Shown piece after piece: positions 24,330 to 37,790 of a stretch of DNA of 54,226 bases (positions are counted from its first letter, which is position 1; each line of letters begins with the position of its first letter). Source of the DNA: Phoronis australis (lineage: Eukaryota > Animalia > Phoronida). The notes under the pieces were generated by a model, which saw nothing but the letters and a program-made list of their open reading frames with translations, had not been told where the DNA came from and searched no databases. The position numbers and the translations under genes were made by a program. The stretch is from NCBI GenBank assembly GCA_002633005.1, contig NMRA01001107.1, forward strand, positions 1-54,226, in the 5' to 3' direction.

Positions 24330-25420
24330 TACATGGCGAAGTCGTTATCCCCCGTTATCTAGAGCCCGAGTGGATTTTGGAGAATTATCGCCCGAGGGGT
24401 TTTATCTGCCATTTGACGCTAATATTGTGGTATAAATGACAATATTCGCTACGATAAAACATATTTCAAAACTTGAGAAAAGTTTACAACCAATACCGCC
24501 GTTGTCAAAAATTAAAAATCCTTTAATTAATTGGAAGAAAACGCAAACTGACCAAAAGGTGGCGCTCAATGAGGAGCAGTGTACTGAACTGCAGATTATG
24601 CAAAAATGTCAGCGATGAGATATTATTCTAGTGTTAGGAGCATTACGCAGCATTTTTTAAAAAATCTGTTGGTCACACGAATTTAAGCTATTCAAGGCTC
24701 GCAGAGTCAAGAGTTCATTCCGCGTGAAGACTTGTTCTCGGGAGCCCGGCGGCACCCCGTAGTAGCCTATATGGATGCAGTTGGCCGAATAAAAAGGGTT
24801 TCTTATATTTTAAAGTCATTAATACTAATGCTTTACCATTTGCCAACATATCTTTCTGAAGTTGTTTCTCCAGCAGTTGGTATACACGCCGTCGTTCATG
24901 CCGGATACGCCGGGGGTGGAGAATTACTTTCCAATTCTGTGGAAATTTCAAGATTTTATGAGTCACTTGATAATAGTTTGCTTGTCATAACCATCGACAG
25001 TAATGGGTGATTTTTGCCTGCTTGATCTTTGCTCTGGCCGGTCACGGGCTTTCGCTGCCGAATAATGGTGGTTTCTTAGTTTCTTCCTGTTGAAATTTAT
25101 TTTAATATTATTTTTCGCCAGTTGTCGGAACACCCTTACTGTAAAGCAGTTTTACGTAATATTTTGATATTGCATGTTCGTTGTTATGTTTACTGTTTAC
25201 CCAAGTTAATTACTCCAAGTCAAACACACTACGACTTAGCCCAGTCGAATAGATGGCCTTCTTTCTTGTTAATCAATGGTTCCTGAAATTAATTTTTCTT
25301 CCGATTTCGCGGCAAATCTAAAATGGCAGAATACTACTCGGCCCCAGATCGTGAGCAATGAGGATTTTTATGAACTTTTCGTCTACGGATTTCGTTAGGA
25401 TTACCTCGTTATAATATAAT
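24330..25420 (-). mobile_element. Possible Crypton-like (tyrosine recombinase) remnant
   Basis: GCCCGAG(T/G)G terminal-type motifs at ~24360-24400 and CTCGGCC at ~25340. Minus-strand remnant AAKARDR...KSPITVD...NCIHIG weakly resembles Crypton-derived sequences. Confidence 0.3.
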
Positions 25421-27139
25421 CAACACCCTGGTAACCGTTGAAATCACGTGCAAGTTTTCTTATTGAAGACATGAAATCCAAAATGAAATATACCTTTCTA
25501 AAAGCACTAAGTAACTATAACAGCAAACAGTTTTGATATAATTTAGGGTAAGCATAAAATCTACCTTGTCTTGGGTAGAACTCGTCTCTCTTATGGAACA
25601 CCTGGCTCTGTTTACTGTGACAACGCTGAGGGCTTTCAAATAATAGTGGCTAAGCATCATTGTACAGGTTATGCCCTGGAAATTTTCGGGGAATTCATAC
25701 ACTTTCAGTTTTAAAGCAAAACCACCATAGTTTCGCTAGTTTCCAGGTCGTACACATAAGGCGTGCAAGAAAACTACCAATAGCTGTTCAATTGAGTCAG
25801 TGCATCCCTTCTTCTGCATGCACAGTTAGTTATCTTGACAAAATTTAATAATGCTTATTCTCACAATGCAGAAAGTACTATGATGACCTCATTGTATATT
25901 GATGTTTGTTATTTTCCTTGTTGGTACGTTCCCAAGGCACGTATTGAAAAAAAAACATATCAACTGTATTACGGTCATCGATTAAATAGAGAGTGTAATA
26001 AGATAGCGTCACTCCATCGAGCGTTTAAAGAAAACAGAAACAAGATGGAGCTATATGTTTGCACAATGTCTGTCAATCAATGGATCCCCATGAGGACCTA
26101 TAAATTCTTGATAATATAAGGTTTTTTGTTTCATGTTACGGTGGCCCCCTGAAGCATTTCACCTGGGTTGTAATCTTGTAAACCTTGAGCGTTTTTTTAA
26201 ATATACAAATTAATTCGACATTATGCAAAATTCTCCTTTTGCTTATAACTTCCTTAGCAAGGTAGATTATTTTGACTTTTTACTTATTTTTCTAATAAAA
26301 AATAATTTCAGGCGGTCTAATACACGTTGTACCAGACGTGTGCAGGCCGCTCATGAGGGTCCGTTGCACTGATCACCGAGAACCATTTTTATGCTTCATA
26401 ATCTACAGTTGAAACCGAGCTGAGGAGCTAGACACCTGGCTCAAGGGTCTAGCATTGTGCGCCAGTGGATTTGAACCCATGACCTTGACTAAAAGAAGCG
26501 GACTGAAATTGCTTCTTATGTTTCCAAGGTCAGCTAGTTTACAGGTGGATGAATCGGAATTTGCATAATTTATGCAAATTAAGGCTGCCATTATTTAAAA
26601 ATCTACTTGTATAAAAATCACCGGCAACGGTAAAGACATGACCAGTTCTGTAAAATGTACAGTATATGTTTTTTAAATACCAACTAGTGCTGTGTAAGTG
26701 TGGCATTATATTTATCATTCTGAGAAAATTGATCGTCAAGGTATCTAAGTTCTAAGGATATTTCTCCCTGTTCATTGCGTTAAATGTCTTTACCGTTACT
26801 TGTCCAAAGTTGGGTTTGATAAAATCAAAACCTTGTATTTATCAGAAAAATTACTCCATAGCTTTGAATTTTAATTTTAAAGTACTTATAACAGAGTAAA
26901 TAGCCAAAATGATAAGGAGAATGTTATTATTTTTGAAATAAAATTTTCAAAAATGTCTTGTATTTTCTGTCGTCCATGTCTTCACCGTTACCCTAATCAT
27001 GCCTTTTCCCTTGTATTACAAGTCAGTCCCAATTGTACTAGGTGTCACTGTTCGAAGAAAAGACCAGGATGTAAAGAAGCCATTTTGTTCGGTGGCTGTG
27101 AAAGGACGGCACGGCAACTTTTTTCTCCGTTGTTAACTC

Positions 27140-27206
27140 TATCGATAGACTTAATAACTATATCGATAGAGTAAGTCTATCGATAGAGTTAGTAAGTCTA
27201 TCGATA
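27140..27206. promoter_or_regulatory. Cluster of four TATCGATA palindromes (DRE-like)
   Basis: TATCGATA at 27140, 27161, 27178 and 27199; any function is inferred. Confidence 0.45.
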
Positions 27207-28051
27207 GTAAAAGAGCGCTTATTTATTATTTATTATGTTTTACATTTCACTATGAAAAGCATGTCTTTACCGTTACAATTTCGGGTAACGGTACAGACAT
27301 ATTATTAACGGCAAAGACAAGTTTAATTATTTTAATGTCTAATCAGTTCATCATTAAACTGAATAGTTAATTATTTGTAAAATTTCTACATTACAGTTCC
27401 TTAGTAATAATAAACTAGAGTTCACAATTAATATACAGTAACTGCTCTGCAATTGTTCACATTCTATTTTTAGCATACTCAAAATTATTTAAGAAGAACC
27501 ATATTTTACCTTCCCATTAATTCGCACATGGTTCGCTGAAGGGATATTATTACTTTCTGCTAATCCGCGCGATTGTATATTAAATTGCTTATGCTGGTTG
27601 TACACATTAGTTTCTTATACTTTTGAGTTGAGCGCATTGAGATGGGCCGGTATAGCACCAAACACTCCTGGGAAACCCTGCTTCCAAAAAGAACAATTCT
27701 ACCTATATTTGCACCTCAGTTATTTTTCACATTCTTTAATTTAGCATATCAGAAGTTCAAAGATTCAGCATTAGTCTTCTCTTTTCAAACACCCTTGTTT
27801 CCTACAAAAAGTACTTATTCTATTTTGTGCGAGAATTGTAAAGCGGTTATCGTACTGTCATTGAGGGGGTTTGATACTGTAACAGTTTTAATTTATCAAT
27901 AAATTCTTTTTAAATATTCAGTTTCTTTCTATTGGGTCTTTGCCTACTACACACTCTGCAAAATAAATGGGGGCCAGTGACTTAGTTTTCCAGTACAGCC
28001 GCGCGACAGAAACATAACATGCAAAAGTGTGAAATTTACATGGTCACTTAA

Positions 28052-29008
28052 AGTGTACACAACATGACTCTTGTACCTCAAAATAAATTTTATTATCATA
28101 TCTTACTAGATTTCAGTGCCTTTAGTGCACAGCTCATAAAGAAACACGCAAAAATTGAAAAAAAATTATGTACAACGTCATGGGTTGAACCCTAGTCGTT
28201 CGCCATACTGTTCGGATCAGAGACAAAGTGTATTGAGTGAAGAGAAAGCAAAATACATTTAGCGTCGAGAAGGTTCGTAGAGGGATCAAAAGATGTGTTT
28301 CCGGAGGCTGCAGCAACAGTAGCCAGGCGGAGAACGTCTCGGTGCTCCGAAGGATACCAAAGTTGCGCAGAAGTGGCATCGCTTCGTGCGCCGAACGAGT
28401 GTGTGGGACGTCATCGTAGACCAAGCGATTCGGTCCGGGGCCACTCTGTGTTCTGCCCACTTTGAGGACTCTCTTTTCGACTTCAGTCCCAAGAGACGTT
28501 ATGATGAAGGCCTGGTTCACTAAAGGACAACATTTATCATTCAGAAACATCAGCTCTTAGTTCAGGATCGTCTGTTGGATGACTGGGTTGACTCGCCGAG
28601 CCCGAGGCCGCTTCTCTCGCGGAGGACCCAGTTCGTAAGGCTCAAAGTAGAAAAGTACGCTGCCGGAAGCACATTAAACTTATTCTCGCTTTCGTGAAAC
28701 CCCATTTCCTCATCCTGGCCACCATTCCCGCACGTTTCTTCATAGTATTCGTTCAATTTTTGCTCATAATCGTCGTCGCTTTCAAATTCCCTCCTTTCCG
28801 CCATTGTTCAATGCTAGTCGCTAATCTCTTGTGTTCAACCCATGACGTCACATGACGGGAAATGTGAAAATTGGCAAAATTGAAAGAGAAATCAAAATTT
28901 CGAGCTAATTACACAAAATAAACATGGGTTTAGCTAAATTTTACCTCATAAATTTAGTTTGTGGCCACCGGTAATTCAAAATGTGCAAAAATCCATGGTG
29001 TGTACTGT
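28052..29008. mobile_element. Internally deleted Kolobok-like transposon (THAP 5' remnant on +, acidic KolX-like 5' remnant on -), TTAA TSD
   Basis: TTAA|AGTGTACACAACATG ... CATGGTGTGTACTGT|TTAA. THAP motif CVSGGCSN/(fs)PKDTKVAQKWHRFVRR...LCSAHF at ~28295-28465. Convergent ORF 28804-28562 begins MAERREFESDDDYE. Inverted ACGTCATGGGTTGAAC motifs at ~28175 and ~28833. Confidence 0.78.
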
Positions 29009-29822
29009 TTAACTACGGTAACCCCCTGTAATCAAATAAACAGAACTCTTTTTGAAAACAGAATAGTTTCGTTGCCAACGTCATTTTTATGTTTTAAAAG
29101 CTCAAATTATATTTCCCAGAATATCAATTTTTTCGCCATTGTAAGAAGATATTATTGTCAATTTTTGCCGTCTCAAATTGTAGCAATTTAGTTTTTTTCA
29201 CATTAAGTTACTTTGATGAACTTTTTTCTTCTACTTCATTTTGATGCCCCATGTTACGTTATGTAAAAAAGAAAAACAAATATGGGTGTCGCTGATTTTT
29301 TTGCAAAATAGCCTTTCAGTTGCAAGACTAGGAAACAGTGTAGTTTCATTTCATTAGACGTTGATTATTTATATTGATGTTGTTTTCGATCATGAAATAA
29401 AATATAAAATTATAGTGAATGAAATACGACGAGAAATTTCTCCTAAAGTAATTTCAGATTTATAGTTTTGGTGTGACATTGAAATAGACTAAACTTGTCT
29501 TTTTTCAAAGTGTGTTGAATCCCCTTCAATGAAATACTGCTGTGATATGAATAACGATAAAAACTAGAATTCATAGTCACAATAGATTGCTGGTAATTGT
29601 AACAAATAATTAAGTTATACTTTAGTAACGTTTTTCACAGCCACTCTAAATAAAGAAAGCAAACCATGTTAAATTAATATGGAGCTCATTTGTTGTATTT
29701 TTAGAAGAGAAGAGACCAACACTTAAGTTATTTGCCTATTAATGTCACTAAAACGTTACTATCTATTGCATTAAAATGACGTCTATCATATGCACAGCAA
29801 TTTCATCATTACAGTGTCAAAA

Positions 29823-31960
29823 ATGCCACGCCCAAAAAAGTCTAAGGCTGAAATGATGAAGCGGCTGCGAGAGCAAGTAAAAAGTGACCCAAAAACATCG
29901 AGCTTATTTGAAAAAGGAAATGGAAAGGTACCAGCAACGAAAATAACAGGATAAAATAAAAACCATACATGAGATGAACGACAGAGAGCAGAGACAGCTA
30001 CGACGTAAGCGGAAGAAGGAGTAGAGGAGAAGAAGGAAGGCGCAACAACCTGCAATAAACACTTGCACACCCCATACAGAAACACCCCTGAGACCACTCC
30101 CAATCATCAGAGCAGACAATTAACAGCTGGACGTAGAAAGGTTAAACGTATCGACAGAATATCTTACAGAACAATAGAGAAACAGAAAGCACTGATGAAA
30201 AAGTATGAGAACAAAATAAAACGACTCCAGCGACAAATGAAGAAATCAGACTCAGCAACAGTTTTATCCACGAATTCCCCTGCATCAAAAGCTACTGCTA
30301 TTATTCGTTCAGGAAACGAAAATAAAATTAGGAAGGAGCTGACTTTCGCCAATGCAATAAACGAAGATTTCAAGAGAAAGCTAAAAGAAAAGAAAAAGCA
30401 AAAAGACAAGCATGTCTTGAATAGCATGGTGGTAGGGCCACTGCGGCCCTTCTATTGCGTGCCACGATGTGTTGAGAAGCTAAACACAGTAAAATGCAAA
30501 CCGCATTGTAACGTAGAGCTCAAAGCAATTAAACTCCATGGATGCGGTTTCATTGCTTCTCCCAATATAACTAACCTATTCACAAGCGTGTTGTGCTCCA
30601 CAAAAACCAAATGTGTATGTTTGGTGAATGCAATTCGTGTATGAAGATGAAGAAAATATACAAAGATGTAACTCTCAAATCATCATTGAATGAGGTAACT
30701 TAAGCTAATGGTGTACAGTCACAGTCACTAAACAGACCATGAAAGGAGCCAAAGAAGTTTTAAGTTAGAAAAACGAAAGAACATTCGAGAGTTATGTAAG
30801 ATTTTTGAGGATGACCTGAAAATTGTTATGCAACATGAGTATAGAATTTTCCACCAATTTCGTGAAACACGACAGCTCAAAGACAACATCAAGGATAGCG
30901 AATGTAATCTACAGATCGACTTCAGTGAAAACTACTCTTGCAAAGCTGTAACTGAAGTTCAGTCAATGCATTTTGGCTCTAGCCGAAATTAGGTAACCTT
31001 ACATACATGCCACAGTACCACCTTGGAAGGAGAAAAAGTTTTAACTCAGTGTTGTTGCACTGTCAGTCCTGATAGCAGACATTCATCCATTGCAGTATGG
31101 GCGCATCTACATCCAGTGCTGAACAACATTCGTCAGAGTGGAAAAGATGTTCTACACATCATATCAGACGGTCCAAGTAGCAAGGATAAAAACAGCACCA
31201 ATTTTCAACTTGCATCAACCTATCCATTCAGACAGTTTGGATTCACTTACGTCACTTGGAACTTCTTAGAAAGCTCCCATGGCAAGGGACCTGCTGACAG
31301 CATAGGTGCGACAGTCAAAAGTGCTGCAGACAGACTTATTGCCTCTGGCAATGACATTATGGATTCCCAAGCTTTGTTCAAGGCTCTGGTTGGTACGATC
31401 AAGGTCAAATTGTATGAAATCGAAGGCAGTGAAATTGATGCCGTTCAGAAAGTCATCACAGATTTTGACACTCAAACAGTGAAAGGCACCAGGGGCATCC
31501 ATCAAATTTTGATCCACGAGCAAAGCATCATTCATCATCGCACTTTGTCATGCTTTTGTGGTTCAAAGTGCAAGTGTCACAATCTGGCAAAAGATGTGTT
31601 TAGTCATGCTTCATCAACGAGCGAAACTTTCAACACACTGACCACAATGGAAAGACGATTAAATGCGGATCAACTTTCGCTGTTTCAACGAAGACTGGCT
31701 GAAGGTTATGACGTAACCTACACTGACCTCTCTGTGCTGAATGAGGATAAACGTCAGGAGTACCTGCTTTGGAGGACTAGGAGAGCAGTTAAACTACAAG
31801 ACAAAAGGAAGATGGGTGACGCAGAAAGTACGGAGGATGACAGAGGCAGTGCAGAGGGATGAAGTTTCTGGAGCGTACCATGGTGAATGGAATACATAGG
31901 TATTCTTGGCCCTTGAGAAAAGACATATGTGACATCAACAAGTCTGCTGTTGTTACTGAA
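29823..31960 (+). pseudogene. Sola2-like DDD/E transposase pseudogene
   Basis: Motifs QIDFSENY, EVQSMHFG, SDGPSSKDKN, WNFLESSHGKGPADSIG, RTLSCFC...CKCH and YSWP. In-frame stop at 30989-30991 (SSRN*VTLH) and frameshifts in the 5' part. Confidence 0.82.
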
Positions 31961-33339
31961 GTTGAGTTCAGCTGTGACGGGAGCGCCGTCTATTGATGGA
32001 GCCGTGAGTGAGGACGAGTCGTCAGATTAGTTTAAGAAGCTAGAGTGTGTTATTATATTTTAAAGGGGTGTAAGATGGTCAATTCCTTATATGGAACTTC
32101 CGATGACGAAATTTTTAGTTCTATTCTGATTGGTTTTCACATTTATCTTGAGACCCCTATTTTAGCGTAATTTGGAACATTCGCGGTGCGAATACGCCTA
32201 TAAAAATGGGCCCCTCACGCTAAAACTTCGGATTTTGCCGGGTCTGGACTCTATCCGCAAGGAATCCCAACCAAACAACCTAACTGTTTGGGCCTTTTAA
32301 ATTTGGACTTTGACGTTTTTAGCGAATTCTTCTTGTTTATAAATTCTTTGGGCTAAAAGTTAAAGCTGCGATGACGACGGAAGTTAGCGATGAGTTGTAA
32401 GTTTGTAGATCTGTGTTTCATATATATCGCATAATAAAATTCAGTATATTTATCTACTTCTCTCTTGTTTCACTCTCTATAAGTTGTCACCATGGTTCTC
32501 TCGTATGCGATTCGAACGAGTGAAAAAGTACACAACGCTGCGAATATTTTTATCGGCTACGAACAGTCGACATTTTAGAAACTAAATAGATCGGTGCTGG
32601 TCGCTCCACCGATTCCCGTTACACAGCCATGACAATCCACCTTATCATCTCGATAGTCACACTGAAGCGGCTATTAATACTCGTCTTTTCCTCGTGGACC
32701 TGCGGCTGTGAAAGCAGTGGAATGCACTAACCCAGTAACCCGCTCACAATTAGTGCCTCATAGTAGTGTTTGTTCGAAACGTTAGATGGAATTGTAGTTG
32801 ACATTATAAGTAATTCGTGTTCTTAATGTTAGAATGAATTGTAGTAGTTGATATTTTAATAGCATTAAATAAGTGCATGAATATGATTTATAAATAAAAA
32901 TCCATAATTGTCTATTCCGTTACTATGTTGTCTTAACCGTTCCCATGGTCACGGTAAAGACGTGGCCTCTAAATTTATAATTAGCATACCAGCCACGTAA
33001 ATAGATGGTATGTGTGCAAATTTGTTGTGGTTAATTCAAAACTGATGATGATCATTTCTGGAGCTTTTTGAGTGAATGAAAAACATTTTTTATCATTTGT
33101 TGTCATTACCATTACTGGCCACTTTATGTGAAAACGATGATATCGTCTCTTATATTTCAGTCGTCAGTTAATTCAGTGAAACCAGTTTGTAGACTGTTGC
33201 ATGATAAATTTGCATAATTTATGCAAATAATTAAAAATGCCCATTAGTGCCGGGAAAAAAATAAAAATTGAGTCTGTTAATAAGGATTGCCAATCCGTAA
33301 TTTATGAATTGCCAATCTTTTACATGCATACGTTTCCTT

Positions 33340-33567
33340 TGAAGCCTGGGAGATAATTGGCCTGCTTTTTATTATACGGGACAAAAGACTGAGCTGGGCA
33401 GTTAACCATAGAGCCACATGTTATCGCACGTCCAGCACCCCTCACGTCTGGAAAAGTTTCTGAACGACAGAACGCTATAATGAAATGGACTCTGGGAGAT
33501 TTTAGGGGGGGTGGGGGGGGGGTGGGGGGGGGCATGGCCCCTTGGTTCCCCTCTAAATTCGCCACTG
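33340..33567 (-). mobile_element. hAT-like MITE end (CAGTGGCGAATTTA terminus); related fragment at ~44980-45085 on +
   Basis: Shared terminus CAGTGGCG(A/G)ATTTA, followed further in by related TCCC.../ATAA.../CAGGC motifs in both copies. Confidence 0.5.
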
Positions 33568-34334
33568 TGTTCCGTCCAGTTAACTGAAATTGAGCTCTAT
33601 AATGAGGTTATGCTTTGGACGAAAGAATTAGGCGTTTTAATTTTAAAATTCAACTTGGTCGAGATTGATATTTGAAAAATATAACACATGAAATAGACGT
33701 AATTATTAAAACCAAGAAAGCAGAATTGATGGTCATATAATTTTCATTTTCAATTGCGAGCCTAGTTTTTTATCGTAATCAAAATATATATTTAATAATA
33801 TCAAGTATTATTTCAGATCAATGACAAATCAACTGTTAGTCCCGGTAGTGCCTAAAAATTTTGAGAAGGTTAAATGGAGTAGATGGTTGCAAACAACATA
33901 CCCAAGTGGCCGTCATCCCCTGCCGTAGTCTCAATTTTTTGTAAACATTAATTATTTAGGTAGCTGCAATGATAATTAAATTAAAGTGCCTAAGTGGCCA
34001 TCGTCGCCGTCGAAATTTGAGGACGATGGAAGCCACTGTCCATTTCGTCAAACGTTGATTACCTTAAGTGTAAATCGATTGACTATGGTTTGAGCATCTG
34101 ATTTAAAAAAATTAAATTTCAATCACTACACAGGTATATCAGCTGATTTATTTTCAGTTGCATCTACTGATCTAATTATTAGACGATCAACATTATTAGG
34201 CTACAGATCAGACGGCATGTAAATTTGTTAGGCTGGTGGTGGATCAGTTCCTGATAAGTCCGTCTGAAAAAGTTGCATGCCAACTCACTCATAGTTGAAT
34301 GTTAAATTAGTGTTAACAGTTCGGGTTTTTTTCA

Positions 34335-35862
34335 GTTGGACTTGTATCGCAAGCAACAGCTCAGTCCAGAGCCCTGAATATGCAAATGAAATTCAAAGAT
34401 AAAGACCTTGTGTCTTAGAAGCCAAGTACCACAGATCATCATGCTGTAAAAAAGAGAAAGACAAAGATTGTGGAGAGTGACGAATCCCCAGTTTTCAGAG
34501 ATGTTTTTCTACAGTTTTGTTTGGAGTTCATTGAATCAAAGCTTCTAGCACATGGAGATGTCATTTGCCTTTCAAAAATAAAGCAAGACTTTGAAGCTGT
34601 TCTTCAGAAAGCTGGTGTGCATGAAGTTATTTGGACAGGCAATCTTAAGAAATATTGTTGAAGCTACTCACTGTTGTAGTTTGTGCCTGACTAAGAGATA
34701 CGAAAGTGAATTGAGGCTAGTGTTCAATAATTCACTTGCTGACTCTAATTAACACAGCCCATTGTAACATATTTTGAATCAAACGTTTGCCCAAATAGTG
34801 CCCGCCTCCAAACAAGGACTTAGTGTTTGACCCTTCATTGCCTGCGGGCTAATCACCAGTGTGCAGTGCTGTACCCTCTCTAATCGACCATAGTTGGCTC
34901 CTTGGCGGTGGAGCTTTGCAGTTAATATGTATGGCAATGACCGCATCTCCATTGACAGTACTAAACGATGAACGCTGCAAGTGCAAAAAGAACATGTGTG
35001 CTGGGAAACTGAGTTTGTGCTGCAATGCTGGGTCAAACTGTACAGAAATGTGCAGCTGTGACAACTGTAGTAACATCAGCAACACTGACTGCATAACATT
35101 GGATAGTTCTTTGACAGGCCAACCCTAAATAGACCTCCAACCCCGTTATTTCCTTTTTTGTATTAAAAAGTTAATTTTATTTGTTGATTAAGTCATAGAA
35201 AGTACATACTTTGATCATTGTCATGTATTTGTCTCATACTGCTTAATAAACGCTGTCAGAATAATCTATTTTAATACAGTCTTTGTGCACATTCACAGAG
35301 ATCATTCAACTATATTGTTTTTGTACTATAACATATTTCTGGTGTATTATGCAAACAAGCTGTATTTTACACCATTAGTCAATGTTTTAGTCATTGAGGC
35401 ACAAATTTTGCCCAGTCTCAAGTGTTTTGTGTTATTTTTGTTGCCTGACAATGCCAGAATAACTTCCTAGAAACATTCAGACTTAGTTTGTATTTTTGCC
35501 ACTAGGTGTCTCTTTACGTTTTTTAAATTTCACTGTTTACAATTAATTTACAATAGTAAAACATGTAATGTGAGTGTAATATTGTTCAATACAATGGCAC
35601 TGATGGGACCATATTACTTGTTTTACAAAAAAGTCACCAAAACTGTTGTTTTTACAAATATAAGTTTACTAAGCTCTTTGGTGATTATTAGGTAACTTCA
35701 AACTCAAATTTCTCAAAAATGTGCAACTTTATATGTGGGAACTTTTTAGATTTTGAAAACACTCTAATAAATGAATTAAAAAACACCAAAATAAAATTGC
35801 CCCCCTAAAGTACTCACAAAAACCATTTTCTAGAGGCCCTACAAAATCTGGCCCACCGACTA
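34335..35862 (+). mobile_element. Internally deleted Academ-like transposon remnant
   Basis: KDLVS/LEAKYHRSSC (Academ DLxAxEAxYH motif across a frameshift). C-terminal CKCKKNMC...CC...CTEMCSCDNCSN Cys cluster at 34975-35073. Right end ...GGCCCACCGACTA (TAG terminus). Left end uncertain, possibly TAGTCC at 33837. Confidence 0.7.
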
Positions 35863-36960
35863 TACCTCACCAGGACCTAGGCTATGCTTGAAGCTAATAG
35901 GCCTACTCTTGATCAACAAATTAAACCAGATGTGACTAACTGCACATGACAGCAAAATGCTATGAGCCACCACTGTCGAATATATCTTCAACTCATCCAC
36001 AATACGACCAAATGACCTGGTTTGTGTAGAAAGCACTTTTATCAAGAATTTATTAGAAGAAACGTAATCCTGCATTCAGCATGATACCTAATCCGTAGCA
36101 CTACGATCGCTACAGTTTTGTCATGTTTACTTTTCATGTTTCGAACCTAGTTTTCCGGAAAAAAACTTATATCCTTTCGTCAGACAACTCTTTGGTGCAT
36201 TGACTTGTTCTTTAACTGTATTTTTCTAGGTCTCTGCGGTTAATTATTGACACATTCTTTAAGATTTAATATTCAGGTTGGACTCACACAATGTAAATTT
36301 CCGCTTTGTTTATCGCAGTGAGCCTCGCTTTGGATTTTAATGTCCGCCACGTGAATTGGGTCTATATGTGTTTTCTCCAAGCCACTTCCCACTGAGACCT
36401 TTTGAACGTGAATATGTGTCTAAGGTTATAACAAAAAATGAAAAGGTACACGAAGAACAATACAGCAAACTGTGTGCCTGCCACATATATCCCTGTGCTT
36501 GGCAGTCCGGAGGTTTGGAGGATCAGACCTAATTTTCATTTCAACAAAATGTGAGCTTGAGATGTGAATGTTTGTTATTGTAATTAGTTTCATACAAAAT
36601 CAAATATCTTAAACTGCAACAGTTTACTTGATTTTTACATCTGATGACAAACGATAGACTATATCTACCATGGCCTTTAACCGTGCTTCTTTCGGGCCAG
36701 TGTAGGTCCTTAAATATTGTAATTTTCAACAAATCACTCATCCAAGGCAGGCACTACTTTATGGAGTTATGTTCGGTGTCTGGACCGGACATGTCTGGCC
36801 ATCAGACCTGTTGAATTTTTAACACAATGCATGTATTTATAGTTTAGCATTGCAACTCTCTGTTTGTCAGTGTTCTAATACGTTGGTATAGATGAAGACC
36901 TTCGTTCAAGTCGCGTGGAACAGAAATACTCCTCTGTGCCATCAAGACAATGTACACCTC

Positions 36961-37054
36961 AAACACGCCCCTATCCCTGTAAACACGCCCCTATCCCTAT
37001 AAACACGCCCCTATCCCTATAAACACGCCCCTATCCCTATAAACACGCCCCTAT
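36961..37054. repeat. 20-bp minisatellite (AAACACGCCCCTATCCCTAT), ~4.7 copies
   Basis: Directly visible. Confidence 0.95.
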
Positions 37055-37124
37055 CACATGGGTGAATCCCCTTTAATGAACATTCGCTTTCGTACACTTC
37101 TACTTCATCAAGTTGTACCATAGA

Positions 37125-37285
37125 CTATACTTGTACGCATAGGTCTGGCACTCCGCACAGTTGCAGCAAGGAGTACGTGACTGTTGGACGCCCAAATGGT
37201 CCATAGCGATTTCGCGAGGATGAAATACGGCGGGCATTCCACTCTCGAGCAACAATGTCAAGCTCTTCCTAAAACACCAGAAAAT
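37125..37285 (-). pseudogene. Integrase-core (IS3EU-like) transposase C-terminal remnant
   Basis: Minus frame LVF*EELDIVAREWNARRISSSRNRYGPFGRPTVTY resembles the ELD..WN.H.IR.S...P.GRP..Y motif of these transposases. Confidence 0.5.
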
Positions 37286-37790
37286 AGTTAACGTAAGGGT
37301 AAACAATTAACAAAGACAGGTCCAGAACCTAATATTCAAATGGGAAAACCTGATTTGAGTGCCGCAACCTTATTTTAGGTATTCGATATAGAATTTAAAG
37401 GGTGCTATATTGTTATTTTGTGCTCGTACTTGTTATTTGGAAATGGTAAAAAAGACTGCCATGATGTCGGTTCCGTAAGCCACCACACATGTCGCTGTTG
37501 ACAAAAGAATACCCAGATGTAACGTAAATCAGTGACCCATACTGACATCAAATGGTCATGATTGTCAGCCTGTGCATGCGCGCATCCAGCCTTTAATATG
37601 GGGGGGGGGGTCGAATTTCCGACGATGTTCCTTTTACAAACGAAAAAGCTGGAGGACTAAAAAAAAAAACGGGGTACCACGTTAGGAGCTGTGAATTGTG
37701 CGTTTTAGTGGACTTTTGTCTCGTTTTCTCGGATTTCTTGTTTCTCCGAGACTGACCTTTTTGCCCACCCCCTCGAATATGAAACGACAC

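Larger units (their letters stand above)
26540..33240 (+). mobile_element. Decayed Sola2-like DNA transposon (exact termini not resolved)
   Basis: Transposase remnant at 29823-31960. Subterminal GTAACGGTAAAGACATG motifs in both orientations at ~26625, 26785, 27260-27300 and 32910-32965. ATTTGCATAATTTATGCAAAT occurs near both ends (~26559 and ~33208). Confidence 0.65.

Noticed and set aside
26415-26500. tRNA gene
   Set aside because: Only a B-box-like GGTTCAAATCC on the minus strand without a cloverleaf; at most a SINE fragment.
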